DNA of 64,000 bases from NCBI GenBank assembly GCA_964016885.1, contig OZ024740.1:129394001-129458000 (forward strand), given 5' to 3'. Both the position numbers and the translations under genes were made by a program. The notes beneath the pieces were generated by a model. That model did no database searches. It had not been told where the DNA came from and saw only the letters and a list, made by a program, of their open reading frames with translations. Numbering within the stretch: position 1 is the first letter of the stretch; every line of letters starts with the position of its first letter. Shown piece after piece: positions 44,840 through 59,857 of the stretch. This DNA comes from Eledone cirrhosa (lineage: Eukaryota).

Positions 44840-45734
44840 CAGGTATACATACATATATGCACGCATCAGTTTAGCGGACGCTTATTCTAACGCCGCTTTG
44901 TTCGTTTGTAAACAAACTGAACAGCTTGAATTTATGCCATACGGTGTTAAGGCAACCACGTCATCTTTTTGTTCAACACTGACACAGGAATGATGTACTA
45001 GTTTCAAGCTTGTTAGATATCATCACCACCGTATACCCATCTGCCAGATAGTTGAACGTTCGAAAGTATATACTATATAGCTATATTTCCATATACTATA
45101 TAGCTATATATACTTTCGGGAGAGATGACCCCTTAGCGTTTGTCAATGCAGAATTCTAGGAGAAGGAAAACTATGATATAACACCTGAAACCCTGATGGT
45201 ATCCAATGATGTTGACTTGTTCTTCTTTTTGGTAAATATCATCTTGGTTAAGAGAGTGGGACTGGCTTTGTGCTGTGCCTTTGCTCACTATAAAAGCTTC
45301 ACGGCACAGGCATTACTTTATATCTGGAGATCTCTCTGCACTTGTCCTCACATGGTACCATCGGCCCAGCACTATGTGTCAATAATTGTCACAAGTGTAG
45401 TGTTTGTACCAGAGGTTTCAAGTCGCTGGCTGGACTAAAAAGTCACACTCGTTCAGCGCTTCGGTAGGGGTTCTCCTACATGGATATAAAGTAGTGGCCG
45501 TACTCGTAAACGAGTTGGCAGCCACCATGTACGTATACATACATACTTACATTTAAGTAAGTGCCATACTAAGAGTGAGAAATGAAATTTCGTTTTCATT
45601 TTATTTCAACTTATCGTGTTCGGTATGCCTGACCGATTTAACACACTCAATATGCAAATTAGGCTGCTCAGCCGTTAATTTTCATAAGGAAAGTATATAC
45701 TTTCGAACGTTCAACTATCTGGCAGATGGGTATA

Positions 45735-45775
45735 CGGTGCTGATGATAGCTAACAAGCTTGAAACTAGTACATCG
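45735..45775 (+). ncRNA. Minimal type I hammerhead ribozyme, tandem unit 1
   Basis: CGGTG-CTGATGA-TAGCT-AACA-AGCTT-GAAA-CTAG-TA-CATCG. Stem I is CGGTG/CATCG, stem III is palindromic CTAG and the triplet is GUA. Confidence 0.82.
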
Positions 45776-45926
45776 TTCCTGTGTCAGTGTTGAACAAATA
45801 GGTGACGTAGTTGCCTTAACACCGTATGGCATAAATTCAGGCTGTTCAGTTTGTTTACAAACGAACAAAGCGGCGTTATAATAAGCGTCCGCTAAACTGA
45901 TGCGTGCATATATGTGTGTATACCTG

Positions 45927-46018
<92 letters not shown>

Positions 46019-46255
46019 TGCTACTGTACGTCTGTATGCATATATGTATGTACGTATACATACATACTTACATTTAAGTAAGTGCCATACTAAGAGTGAG
46101 AAATGAAATTTCGTTTTCATTTTATTTCAACTTATCGTTTTCGGTATGCCTGACCGATTTAACTCACTCAATATGCAAATTAAGCTGCTCAGCCGTTAAT
46201 TTTCATAAGGAAAGTATATACTTTCGAACGTTCAACTATCTGGCAGATGGGTATA

Positions 46256-46296
46256 CGGTGCTGATGATAGCCAACAAGCTTGAAACTAGTACATCG
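46256..46296 (+). ncRNA. Minimal type I hammerhead ribozyme, tandem unit 2
   Basis: Same motif 521 nt downstream, with one change in stem II. Confidence 0.8.
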
Positions 46297-46545
46297 TTCC
46301 TGTGTCAGTGTTGAACAAAAAGGTGACGTCGTTGCCTTAACACCGTATGGCATAAATTCAGGCTGTTCAGTTTGTTTACAAACGAACAAAGCGGCGTTAT
46401 AGTAAGCGTCCGCTAAACCGATGCGTGCATATATGTGTGTATACCTGTATGTATGTATATATATATATATATATATATATGCATGCTACTGTACGTCTGT
46501 ATACATATATGTATGTACGTATACATGCATACTTACATATATATA

Positions 46546-46622
<77 letters not shown>

Positions 46623-46684
46623 AATCATATATACATAATCATATATATATATATATATATATAAACACATATATACATATATAT

Positions 46685-47110
46685 TTTGAGTATGAGTTGG
46701 TTGTTTACCGACACATCAGTATGCAGGTTGGAGCATTCAACGAAGTGCGCAGGTTGGTTTGTTCACTCCGGAGTAATGTAACATAATATGAGTAATTCAA
46801 ACATGTTAAAGTTGGCTTCGCACATTCTAATTCGCTGCTATATATATTTCAGTGACAGCTATTATTGGCTCATCAGGCAGTAAGAATTAAAGAAGAAAAA
46901 ACATGAAAGCATCACGTTGTTATATGTTCAACCCTATTAATTCATCTATATGTCCAGCTCCTGTGTGTGTTGTTAGTCCTCAAAGGAACTGGAAGCAATT
47001 GTTACTGTCTGACGAGGTCACAGCCAATAATGGCTGTCACTGAAATATATATAGCAACGAATTAGAATGAAGGAGGCCAACTTTAATATCTCTGACTTAC
47101 ACATATTATT
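46685..47110. mobile_element. Fold-back HHR element, same family as 59855-61485
   Basis: Left end TTGAGTATGAGTTGGTTG...GAAGTGCGCAGGTTGG. HHR on minus at 46834-46881 (stem II partly deleted) and on plus at 47004-47058 (CTGACGA...GAAA-TATATA-TA). Confidence 0.8.
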
Positions 47111-47233
47111 TTGGCCCTTGCCATTCTGAGTTCGAATCCCGCCGAGGTTAACTTTGCCTTTCATCCTTCGATAAAATAAAGTACCAGTAATGCGGTGGAT
47201 AATTGCTGGCCTTGTGCCAACAAGTAGAAACAC
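47110..47233 (+). mobile_element. tRNA-derived SINE, family A (5'-truncated)
   Basis: GAGTTCGAATCCCGCCGAGGTTAACTTTGCCTTTCATCCTT..GATAAAATAAAGTACCAGT. Confidence 0.8.
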
Positions 47234-47265
47234 CTATTATATATATGTATATATATATATATATA

Positions 47266-47399
47266 GGAACGAGTAGGACCCCAACGGCTGAGCTCAAGCC
47301 GTCGGGGTCCTACTCGTTCCTATTACCCACTCTACTACCCTAAGTATTGAGTACCTTGGTGCGTTATGGTCCACCTGGTTCCTTACCACATTTCCTTCG

Positions 47400-47401
<2 letters not shown>
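47266..47401 (-). mobile_element. 137-bp hairpin-ended element, second well-preserved copy
   Basis: Close reverse complement of 5762-5898. Both flanks are (TA)n. Confidence 0.85.
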
Positions 47402-47435
<34 letters not shown>

Positions 47436-47437
<2 letters not shown>

Positions 47438-47895
47438 GATATTTACAAATAGAAACTATATTTATAAAACCATATTTATTTCATTATACATATTTCAAGG
47501 ATACCATGTTAAATTATGGTATGCCTTCATCAGACAAAATACAATATATACCAGTTTTATAAATAAACATTGACGTACCCTTTCAAAATTGAACCGTTAC
47601 TTTTGGAAGACAACAGGATATCCTGATGTCTTCCAAATGTAACGATTGCATTTTGAAAGGGTACGTCAATGTTTATTTATAAAACTGGTATATATTGTAT
47701 TTTGTCTGATGAAGGCATACCATAATTTAACATGGTATCCTTGAAATATGTATAATGAAATAAATATGGTTTTATAAATATAGTTTCCATTTGTTAATAT
47801 CGTATATTTACTCCAAATACTTGTCAAGTGCTTTATATCAGTTATAAAAATATTTGCTTATTGTATCCCAACAATTTAAATAGAACTTTTGCATA
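47436..47895. mobile_element. Spacer-less palindrome of the pLTR 3' end of the 25365-30295 PLE family, with an HHR on each strand
   Basis: Arms 47436-47619 and 47620-47804 are centred on CAGGAT|ATCCTG. HHRs at 47477-47541 (-) and 47698-47762 (+). The right arm extends about 90 bp, matching 26158-26250. Confidence 0.9.
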
Positions 47896-47911
47896 TATAT
47901 ATATATATATT

Positions 47912-49890
<1,979 letters not shown>

Positions 49891-50149
49891 TATAGCTTTG
49901 AAAAAGACCGAAGACTTTTAATTATATATATTTCAATTAACGAACATTTGTTCCACACCATAAGATATGTAGTTAATTATTAGTTAATCAGTTATATGGC
50001 CAAAAGTTTGGATTCATCAGAATTAATAAAAAAAAATATCCAAACATTTTTACCTCTTCGAATCATTTTCATACGGATTATCTACTTTAATAAATCTCAA
50101 AATTTGAGGTGCAATAACATCTTTCCTTATATATATATATAAATATACA

Positions 50150-50204
<55 letters not shown>

Positions 50205-50235
50205 TTTGATACACTCATTGAATCTTGTTTAACTC

Positions 50236-50278
<43 letters not shown>

Positions 50279-51508
50279 ATATGTTATATATGTATATTCA
50301 ATGTGTGTGTATGTGTGTGTCTATAAATTATTTTTATTCATTGTTAAGTACATGATTATATATCTTACCATTGACTCATCCGATAAATATATGTAAGCTT
50401 TACTGGGCAGCTAAACATATTTATATATGACGTATTACAAAAGCACCGTAAATATAAACGTAGACAGATTGCCTCTGGTTTGTTGCGACGAACGCCCAGT
50501 CAATAGACGTGAGTACAATTCTGATTGTGTGAAAAATTGTGTGTATAATTGTGTGGGTTTGGCTGTGTATTTGGGAATTTTGTACTTTTTATGTTTTAAT
50601 GAGGTCTATTAGAAATGGATTTTATATGTGCACTTAGATCTCTTGCATTCTTTAAAGAGATTCCTATCGATAAAAAAGCATACATAATATATGCTCAATA
50701 ATCAGCTACTAAAAAATCTTAGTTATTGAGAACGTTACATATATACATACACGTATCTTTTAGAGAGTGCATATATTTCTTTCTTGTTTAGAACGATGAC
50801 ATCACTTATTGAACCTATATCTATGAACATATCTAAATCACTTACCAGTATTTATTCAAATCGTGATTCTAGGACAGCATTAATAAAAGTTGTATTTCCA
50901 TTTAAAACTTCATATGAGGGAGATATGTGTGTTATTTCTAGCAGATGGTTTCCATGAGCGCTTAGCGTCACCATCGATATCTCGGCAATTGTTATTAGGA
51001 TTCTACTGGTGCATGTATGGTTGTGTGTCTGTGTGTATGTTTAGGGCTATTACATATGCATTACTCAAGCTATTTATCTACATTAAACATTACATTGTTT
51101 GGGGCAAAGATCAAAATTAATAGGAAAATAATTCCATCAGTCATTAATGTCGCCTTGTTCAAGAGATCGACAATGAAACTAGAATAGTTAATGAGATTTG
51201 TGCAAGCGTGTTTTGGACAAGATGTCAAAATAAGTAGGCAAAATAGAATAAGTATCTGCTAATTGATAAACTGTCTTAGATTTCCGGCTTCAAAATGGGT
51301 ATGAGGTTTTTGAATTTTACACTTTCGATTCAGTAATTTTCTTTGACAGGCTGGAGTGAATAAATTAAAGGAACCTTATCGAGTGGTATTGCTTGAAATG
51401 TCTAACCATTAGCAATAGCGGGAATACTCATCAAAATTTAGATACCTTATCACCTTTATTTTCTCTCCATTTCTATCATCACATACTCAATGTATGTTTG
51501 TATGCATG

Positions 51509-51545
<37 letters not shown>

Positions 51546-51576
51546 CTATCTCTATCTCCCCCTTTCTCTCTCTTTC

Positions 51577-51647
<71 letters not shown>

Positions 51648-51790
51648 GTAGACAACGAAGCGTATATGCATAAACATACCTGCACCGTGTCGTATTTGTG
51701 ACAGTATTGTATTAGCTCAATGTAAAAGAACAGAGCCGTTATATGTAAAATAATTCAAAGCACGCCTACATACTCATACAGTTTTTATTT

Positions 51791-51835
51791 ACTGACAGTG
51801 TTTCATCCATACCATGTGGCAGGAATCATCAGAGC
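51791..51835 (-). ncRNA. Minimal type I hammerhead ribozyme, left arm
   Basis: Minus strand: GCT-CTGATGA-TTCC..GGAT-GAAA-CACTG-TC-AGT. Confidence 0.7.
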
Positions 51836-54534
51836 TTTATAAACAAAAATATAGTGCTCTACCAAGCTTAGTCACACGAACATTAGATATAGAGTGCATG
51901 ATAATAATGGGGAGATCGGAAATGGAAAGGATGGAGAGAATGCGTAATGGGGTTGTTAATCAACATTAGAGCTACATATGAGGATAAAGGCAGATTTTCT
52001 CACAAGAGGTGGAGGCACATGAGGGAACACAGAAACAAATAGAGCATTTAACGATAGTTTAAAAAAATATGATAATAATAAAGTAAAATAACAATAAAAA
52101 TACAAAAAGATAAATAGATAATTTAAAAAAATAATTAAAAAAAGTTAAGCACTCAAAAGCCAGAGGAAATTATGCATTGGTCACTATATAGAGCAGGTGA
52201 TTTTTGTTTCCCATAACCTAGAGTTATAGAAATACTAAGGTTCCTTCAGAAAGTCTAAAGGGGATTTTATTCCTCCCCATAGTATACATAATTAGGGTAT
52301 ACCAATAGGTTACGGAATTACGTGGACCAAGGGTGCTAAACCTGCACATAGACAGGCACCACATCAATACAAGCCAAACACAGACAGTGGGGTTAATGCA
52401 TGGTCAAGCTAAAGCAAATAATACACAGCAAATATGGTTTAGTCTCTGTATAAGGCACATCTGGCGAGGAGTCACGACATATGTGTTTCCACCGTAGAAG
52501 TTAATCCAATCGGTTTCATACGCCCGGATTTGCGAGAGGTTATATTATAAGAAGATCGTCCGTAGATGGTAATCCAGTCTAGAATTTACAACATATGTAG
52601 ATCGTCCGTAAAACGTAATCCAGTCTCATTCATATGCTCATCAAAACATATCAACACATATAGTAGTATGCGTTACAGGCTGATGTTACACATCAAAGAT
52701 CCTCCCATGTTTAAATTTCCAGACCGCGATGTACTATATGTCCAAGTTGCAGCTCCAAATTCCGTATAACCATATTCGTCACACCTAATCCAGCCGCGAC
52801 CGCATCCAAATAATGCCAGGTTAAATGCAGCAGTAATTGCCCTTTGACCAATCGCGCACACGTGGATTAACAATCAATACGAGACAGAAAATAACACAAA
52901 GTGCTCAAATCAGTAAATCCACCAGGCACCGCAGTATGTCCATTAGGTGAGGCCATACCCATATAGGTATACAATAATTATGTAAGACAGCTCTCATACC
53001 CCGCAATAATCCGGGAACTCTGCTCCGCAAAGAATAAATAAAAACACTGCGATAGGTATATACACACCAATCCATGACGTTGAAGGCACATACGGGGTGT
53101 TACTCCTTTCAGTCACCAAATAATGACTTTTCAATGACAGAGAAAGGGGGACTTCTCTATCATGTCGTCTATGAGGCTATTTAATTCGAACTACCATAAA
53201 CATTCAGTCACCAACAGAGTTATCACACTGAATCAATAAGATTCGTACAACAAAATATATTATTATTATCGGACCTCCAGAATTGTCAAGTGGGTCATAC
53301 CATAGACTATTAAATCGCGGTTAACGTAGGATATGTCCATAAGCCCAAGGTTGACTTTATTAATTCTATTATAGGGAAGTGTTCATACAGGGTCAGGTTC
53401 AAACAGAAAGAATAATATATAGGTGCTACGGTAAAGGGAACACTATTTAACTTAAAGGTGCAGGTAAGGTGTCCCATTCCACGGCATGAGTCACATATAT
53501 TGCCAAGTATGGGGATCGGGTAGTGTAGGCATGTCCCGCAGCAGGAAGGGTCTATCAATGGAACAAGATACGCCTGTATGGGTCTGTGGGACCAACCAAA
53601 TGGGGTGAGTAGTTGAGATACCTTCCGCATAATAGCCATGAACTGGTATACCCGATATAGTACCATCCCCCATCAAGGAGAGATAATTCTTGGGACGCCA
53701 CGCTATCCATCAGGGACCAAAAATGCAAAAATTACATTCTACGGACGATATACATATGTTGTAAATTCTAGACTGTATTACCATCTACGGACGATCTACT
53801 TATAATATAACTCCTTGCCAACAGGGGCGTATGAAACCGAATGGATTAACTTCTACGGTGGAAACACATATGTCGTGACTCCTCGACAGATGTGCCTTAT
53901 ACAGCGACTAAACCATATTTGTTGTGTATTATTTGCTTCAGCTTGACCATGCATTAACGCCACTTTCTCTGTGTTTGGCTTGTATTGAGGCGGAGCCTGT
54001 CTATGTGCAAGTTTAGCACCCTGGTCCACGTAATTCCGTAACCTACTAGTATACCATGATTATGTATACTATGGGGAGGAATAAAATCCTCTTTGGACAT
54101 TCTGAAAGTACCTTAGGGGTCACTTAGTATTTCTGTAACTCTAGGTTATGGGAAACTAAATCACCTGCTCTATATTATGACCAATGCATAACTTCCTCTG
54201 GCTTTTGTGTGCTTACATTTTGTAATTATTTTTTTTTATTATTTATATATATTTTTGTATTTTTATTGTTATTTTACTTTATTATTATTATATTTTTTAA
54301 CTATCGTTAAATGCTCTATTTGTTTCTGTGTTTTCTCATGTGCCTCCGCCTCTTGTGAGAAAATCTGCCTATATCCTCATATGTTACTGTAATGTTAATT
54401 AACATCCCCATTACGCATTCTCTCCGTCCTTTCCATTTCCGATCTCCCCATTATTATCATGTACTCTATATCTAATGTTCATGTGACTAAGCGTGGTAGA
54501 GCTTATACTCAGCACGATATTTTTTGTTTATAAA

Positions 54535-54579
54535 GCTCTGATGAATCCTGTTCCATGGTATGGATGAAACACTGTCAGC
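54535..54579 (+). ncRNA. Minimal type I hammerhead ribozyme, right arm
   Basis: GCT-CTGATGA-ATCC..GGAT-GAAA-CACTG-TC-AGC, with a GUC triplet. Confidence 0.78.
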
Positions 54580-54696
54580 AAATAAAAATTGTACGAGTAT
54601 GTAGGCGTACTGTTATTTCTTTTACATATACATATATACGGTATATATATATTTATATATATATGTGTGTAGTTTATATATATATACACTACACAA

Positions 54697-54786
<90 letters not shown>

Positions 54787-55533
54787 TGTGTGCGTGTGTA
54801 AAAACGGGGAAATCAATTACGAACGAAATATTCGAATGCAGGAAAGCACAGGTGTGTCATTGTTATGTGAATTTAGGGCTATATTAATTAAAGCATGTTT
54901 CCAATTAAAGTGGAATATATGACTGCTATTTCTAGCATATATGTTGGCCGAGAACCTCCATATACATATACAAATATATCCTACTTCATATTCGGATATA
55001 TCAGTGAATCTATATGGTAATTATTAATTTTTATTATTGTAAGATTACTCTTGTAGATTGCTTATAGGGTAGATAACATAAATGCAATATTTTATGAACA
55101 ATTGAACCATCGATTGGATTTCAGTGTCCTGCTGAGATGGGTAATGTGAGCCTTGTAATTGAAAATATGAACCTTGTACTTGAAAATATGTTATTTAGAA
55201 AATATTGCTCTCGTTTTCTCGAGTTCTCTCAAATCGGACGAAAGAGAAATACTGCACAAGAATAGCTTATTGATCATTTGCGTTTGGCCAACATTAGCAT
55301 AGTGCCAAAAATAATCTAGATAATTGGTCAGGCAGACCCTATTGTATTTTCTATATATGAAAATCTATTCACGTAGTGTTAGTCTGACCTTACACAGAAA
55401 ATATGTTTTTATGACGTGTTTGCTTAAACACACGAAGCAAATACATTATTTTGATGTCGTGGGTTAAGACAATAATTTCTTAAAATAAGGATGAGATCGA
55501 AAGTAAACTTATTTCCACATGTCAAAACATCAA

Positions 55534-55594
<61 letters not shown>

Positions 55595-55595
<1 letters not shown>

Positions 55596-55960
55596 TGAAA
55601 AATTGAGCAAGTATAAGGACCTGGAGATAGAAATTGGAAAAATGTGGAAATTCAGAACTAAAACAATACCACTGGTTGTAGGCGCTCTAGGAATGATACA
55701 TAAGGGGTCTAATGATTACTTATCGCAAATCCCAGGAAACCCGCGTATTGGAGAAATACAAAAGATAGTACTAATGGGAACTGCCCATATACTAAGGAAG
55801 ATTCTGTGAATATAAGTACATCACAAGTCTAAACACCTAAAGATGCATGTGTGAGTATGTATGTTCTTTCTTGAACATGGCGGACCTTGTTGTCTCTTGA
55901 GGTCACTGGTTGTGACTTGGTGATAACTCGTATGAACATAAAGCAAGATAAATGCAACTG
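55595..55960 (+). mobile_element. Dong/R4-clade LINE, extreme 3' fragment between (TAA)n tracts
   Basis: EKLSKYKDLEIEIGKMW..TIPLVVGALG..IQKIVLMGTAHILRKIL* followed by a 3' UTR. (TAA)n at 55535-55594 and 55961-55987. Confidence 0.85.
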
Positions 55961-55987
55961 TAATAATAATAATAATAATAATAATAA

Positions 55988-57710
55988 AGAATCAAGGGTA
56001 ATGATGTTACCAACTATAGACCTATCACATGTCTGTCCTTTATGTGGAAACTGTTGACAAGAATTGTGTCTGAGGAAATCTACCATAACCTGCACACTAA
56101 CAACCTGTTATCGGACGAACAGAAACGATGCCGAAAGAAGTCCCGTGGTACAAAGGACCAGTTACTTATTCATAAGATGGTAATGAGGAATTGCAAGAGG
56201 AGACACACTGGTCTTGCCATGGCAAAAAGGTATTTGACATGGCGCCTCATTCTTGGATCACCAAAAGCCTAGAGATCTTCAGGGTGGCAGATCACATCAG
56301 ACAGTTGTTGACCAAAAGTATGAAGTCTTGCAAAACAGAGTTAACATCAGCTGTAGAATCCTTGGGAGGCGTGAAGATCAAGAGAGGTATCTTCCAGGGA
56401 GATAGCCTGTCCCCTCTGTTGTTTGTCCTTGCCCTGATGTCCCTGACCATTATACTGCGAAAAGTGAGAGGAGGATACAAGTTTGGAAAGGGAGGGCTTA
56501 CCATCAATCACCTCCTCTTCATGGACGATCTTAAGCTCTTCGGGAAGAATGAGAAGGTTTTGGATGTGCTTGTTGACACTGTCCGTATTTTCAGCAATGA
56601 TATATGTATGCAATTTAGTATTAGTAAGTGTGGAGTCCTTGTGATTAAGAGGGGTAAATTGAGCAGAAGCAACGGAATCCAGGTACCAACAGGTGAGATG
56701 ATAAAGGAAATTGATGCTGAAGAAGGATACAAATATTTAGGTGTTCTCGAGGCTGATGACATCAAGAACAAGAAAATGAAGGAATTGATAAGATCTGAAT
56801 ACATTCGGAGGAGTAAGGAGCGTATTAAATTCACATCAAAACAGTAGGAATGCCGTAAGTGCAATACATTTCCCAACTGTGTCTATTATTAGGTACAGTG
56901 CGGGAATTCTGACATGGAATGCTGCTGAACAAAAAGAAATGGATAGGAAGACTAGGAAGCTATTGACTATCTACAACATGTTACACAAAAGGAGTGATGT
57001 CGATAGACTCTACTTTGGGAGATATGAAGGTGGAAGAGGTCTTATCAGCATAGAGGACTGTGTTCAGATGGAGAAAAACAACCTACACAAATACGTGACT
57101 GATAGTAGGGACCCTAGGCTCAGAATTGCCCAGACACTTTATAAAGGCTGGAGACATGATGGGCAGCGTGATCCACTGGCACCTATGCAAAATAAACAAT
57201 TTACCACATTCTGATAAGTGGAATGAGCATAAGCCAGAGTCTGTGATGGAAAACGATCAGCTGAATGTGCTGTGGGATTTTAGGATACAGACGGGAAAGA
57301 AACTGGAACACAATAGACGTGACCTGGTGGTTTTGAACAAGGGAAAAAGATCGTGCCTGATTGTGGATGTAGACTGCCCATTCGACACGACAGTGTAAGA
57401 AAAGGAGAGGGCGAAATTTAATCGATATCAGGACATAAAATGGGAGGTAAAAAGGATATGGAACTGCCATGAAGTCAGAGTCGTCCCGATTGTTATGGGC
57501 GCACTAGGTACTAACTCAAAGAGTTTCCAAGGATGGTCAAAGAAAATTAGTCCATCTCCGCTTTTTGGAACACTTCAAAAGGCATGCTTGCTAGGAACAG
57601 CAAGAACTGTCCGATACGTCCTGAATATCTGAGGCTGCAGGTAGCGGATTGATATTCATTTCAACAAACTTTCCAGTTAAATGACATCAATGACTGAAAC
57701 TCAAAAAACC
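55988..57710 (+). mobile_element. Dong/R4-clade LINE, 5'-truncated RT plus RLE pseudogene
   Basis: NYRPITCL, GIFQGDSLSPLLF, HLLFMDDLKL, YKYLG, GGRGL, RHD, LWDFRIQT..HNRRDLVV and VVPIVMGALG. The zinc-knuckle region appears deleted near 57125. Ends in a TAA-rich tail. Confidence 0.92.
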
Positions 57711-57723
57711 ATAATATTAATAA

Positions 57724-57911
57724 TAATTGTTTCTACTTTTTGGCACAAGGCGAGCAATAATCACAGTTTATTACTGGTACTTTATTGTATCGACCCCGTA
57801 AGGATGAAAAGCAATGTTAACCTCGGCCGGATTTGAACTCAGTCTGTAAAGGGACGTAACTGTGCTGCAAAGCATGGCGTCCGACCCTCTACCGTTACTG
57901 CCAATCCACCT
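57724..57911 (-). mobile_element. tRNA-derived SINE, family A
   Basis: Reverse complement of the 34916 copy. Confidence 0.88.
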
Positions 57912-58788
57912 AATAATAACGATGAAAATAATAATTGTTAGTTTTGGATTCACTTCAAAACCGTCTTGCTTTTGGCAAGAAAAATTGGATATAACAATTT
58001 TCATGTGATTTTTCCAAGGGTATTTTAAGTGTAAGTGAGGCGAAATAAATTCACGTTATGTGTTCAGCTTGCCGGTATATTACCTTTTGCACTATGATGC
58101 TTACCATGTCTAATAATGATAGGGTAGTTTGAAATAAAGAGGGTTTGAGAAACATAGAGCGGTAATAAAATGAATAATAATCCCTATTTCTCACATTGAC
58201 TCATAGCTACACATATGTTTGCTATATGTATGTTTCATTGTGTCGAAAACAGTATATTACTCATCATATTAACCATGGGCAAATCATATTTTAGGACATA
58301 TTAATGTGCTGCAAATTGTCATTCATTCGAAAATATATATTTAATATAAGTAAATTATCAGATATATCAACGTATTTTATTGATATTTTTTTAATTCATA
58401 TTTTTTGAAACAGCTTAATTCACTGAAATAATCAAAGTTTACGAATTTACCACATATATTCTTAGATAAAACAAATGGCTTCAGAAAGATATCTTTTTTT
58501 TTTGTATCCGTATATTAAATTCTTACATATTTGATAAGCATATCATCAAATTCTGCATTTTAGTGTACGAGTGTATTTGTCTAAAGGGATGTTGCCGAGG
58601 TAAAATGCGGAGTTTGCAGAAAAGGGATCGGTTTTCTGTTTTGTTTGTATATTGAATAAATAAACCATTTAGTAAGTACGTGTCGATCCTCACTAACCTT
58701 CTAGACCTTTTCGATATGGTCGGTTTTGTACGTTTTCTTGTTTCATTGACCGACGGGTTATACACGGTTCTTTAACATTATGGAAAAT

Positions 58789-58866
58789 TTGACTTATCAT
58801 GTTCCGTTCACATATAATTATAAAATCATTTTATTATTATATGTGAACGGAACATGATAAGTCAAC
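58789..58866. repeat. 78-bp hairpin
   Basis: TTGACTTATCATGTTCCGTTCACATATAAT pairs perfectly with ATTATATGTGAACGGAACATGATAAGTCAA; the centre is AT-rich. Confidence 0.9.
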
Positions 58867-59765
58867 TCTATTTCTATTGCGCTAAAGCAGAAATGCAATC
58901 ATTATTTTCAATTTTGTTTTAATTATAAAATATATTTAATAAATATTTTATTATATATATTATTTGATAAAGTATTAATACGTCTAGAATAGAGGAATGC
59001 CAAAGTTACTGCAAATGAACTGAAAATATAAGGAAATGCTTAAAACATTATATTAGCAGAAATAACACTAAATGATTTCAATAAATAAATAGAGTAGATA
59101 TTCGATCTATCTCTAATAAATAATTTCTAAAGAATGTATCTTGGTATTCATAGAGAAACTTGAAATTTTGCAAATTATTTCAAAGATTAAGTATACAATC
59201 GAACATTACGTTGAACTTATGAGTCATTCCTGAATGATAACTTTTTGGGCTTTCATTTACTCAAGGATATAATGTACAAACAAATATAAATAACGAATTC
59301 GTTATTCCCGTATGGAAAACTAATTATATGGATCAATCGTGTTCATTATATTTATTGAATAATTGATCACATGCCAATTAAGAGTCCATGTCCATCATTG
59401 TAGTAGGCAAACTATATTAAAAACCAGAGACGATGACAGAATTCTTAAGAGTCAAACAATGGGTGGCGTATGGCTAGATGAAATGCTTATGAAGCATGGG
59501 CATGTGTGGGACCTAGACTTGATTCTGTCAACGAGAGGAGATAGATGTGGCATTAAAATGTCTCTGTGAGACTGACAGTGGAACAGTTGACAAATAGAAC
59601 ATAGGCTACTGCAATAGCAGTAGAAACGCCTGCGAAATGAGAGAGAACGTCTGTGGACAATAGGCTAATATTTTTGTGTTAGAGAGAATACCAACATTCG
59701 GGTTGCTTCATCGGCTCTCTCTCTGTCTCTCTCTTTCTCTAGATATATATATATATATACATATA

Positions 59766-59854
<89 letters not shown>

Positions 59855-59857
<3 letters not shown>

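Larger units (their letters stand above)
44645..46530. mobile_element. Cluster of ~521-bp HHR-containing units: one inverted copy plus a head-to-tail tandem
   Basis: 45530-46050 and 46051-46525 are tandem direct copies. 44645-45072 is an inverted partial copy. An unrelated ~450-bp segment (45115-45528) lies between them. Confidence 0.88.
51762..54608. mobile_element. 2.85-kb fold-back PLE-derived element with ~860-bp inverted arms
   Basis: 51762-52620 is the reverse complement of 53731-54608 along its length. HHRs near both outer ends. The spacer looks like decayed coding sequence (DPSCCGTC on minus). Confidence 0.88.

Noticed and set aside
45115-45528. GC-richer insert between HHR units, possibly a LINE 5' UTR (CTAGGAGAAGGAAAACT)
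   Set aside because: The resemblance rests on one short motif and no ORF follows; left unassigned.
59400-59665. Possible very old RTE 3' remnant (KHGHVW)
   Set aside because: Too degenerate to call from sequence alone.
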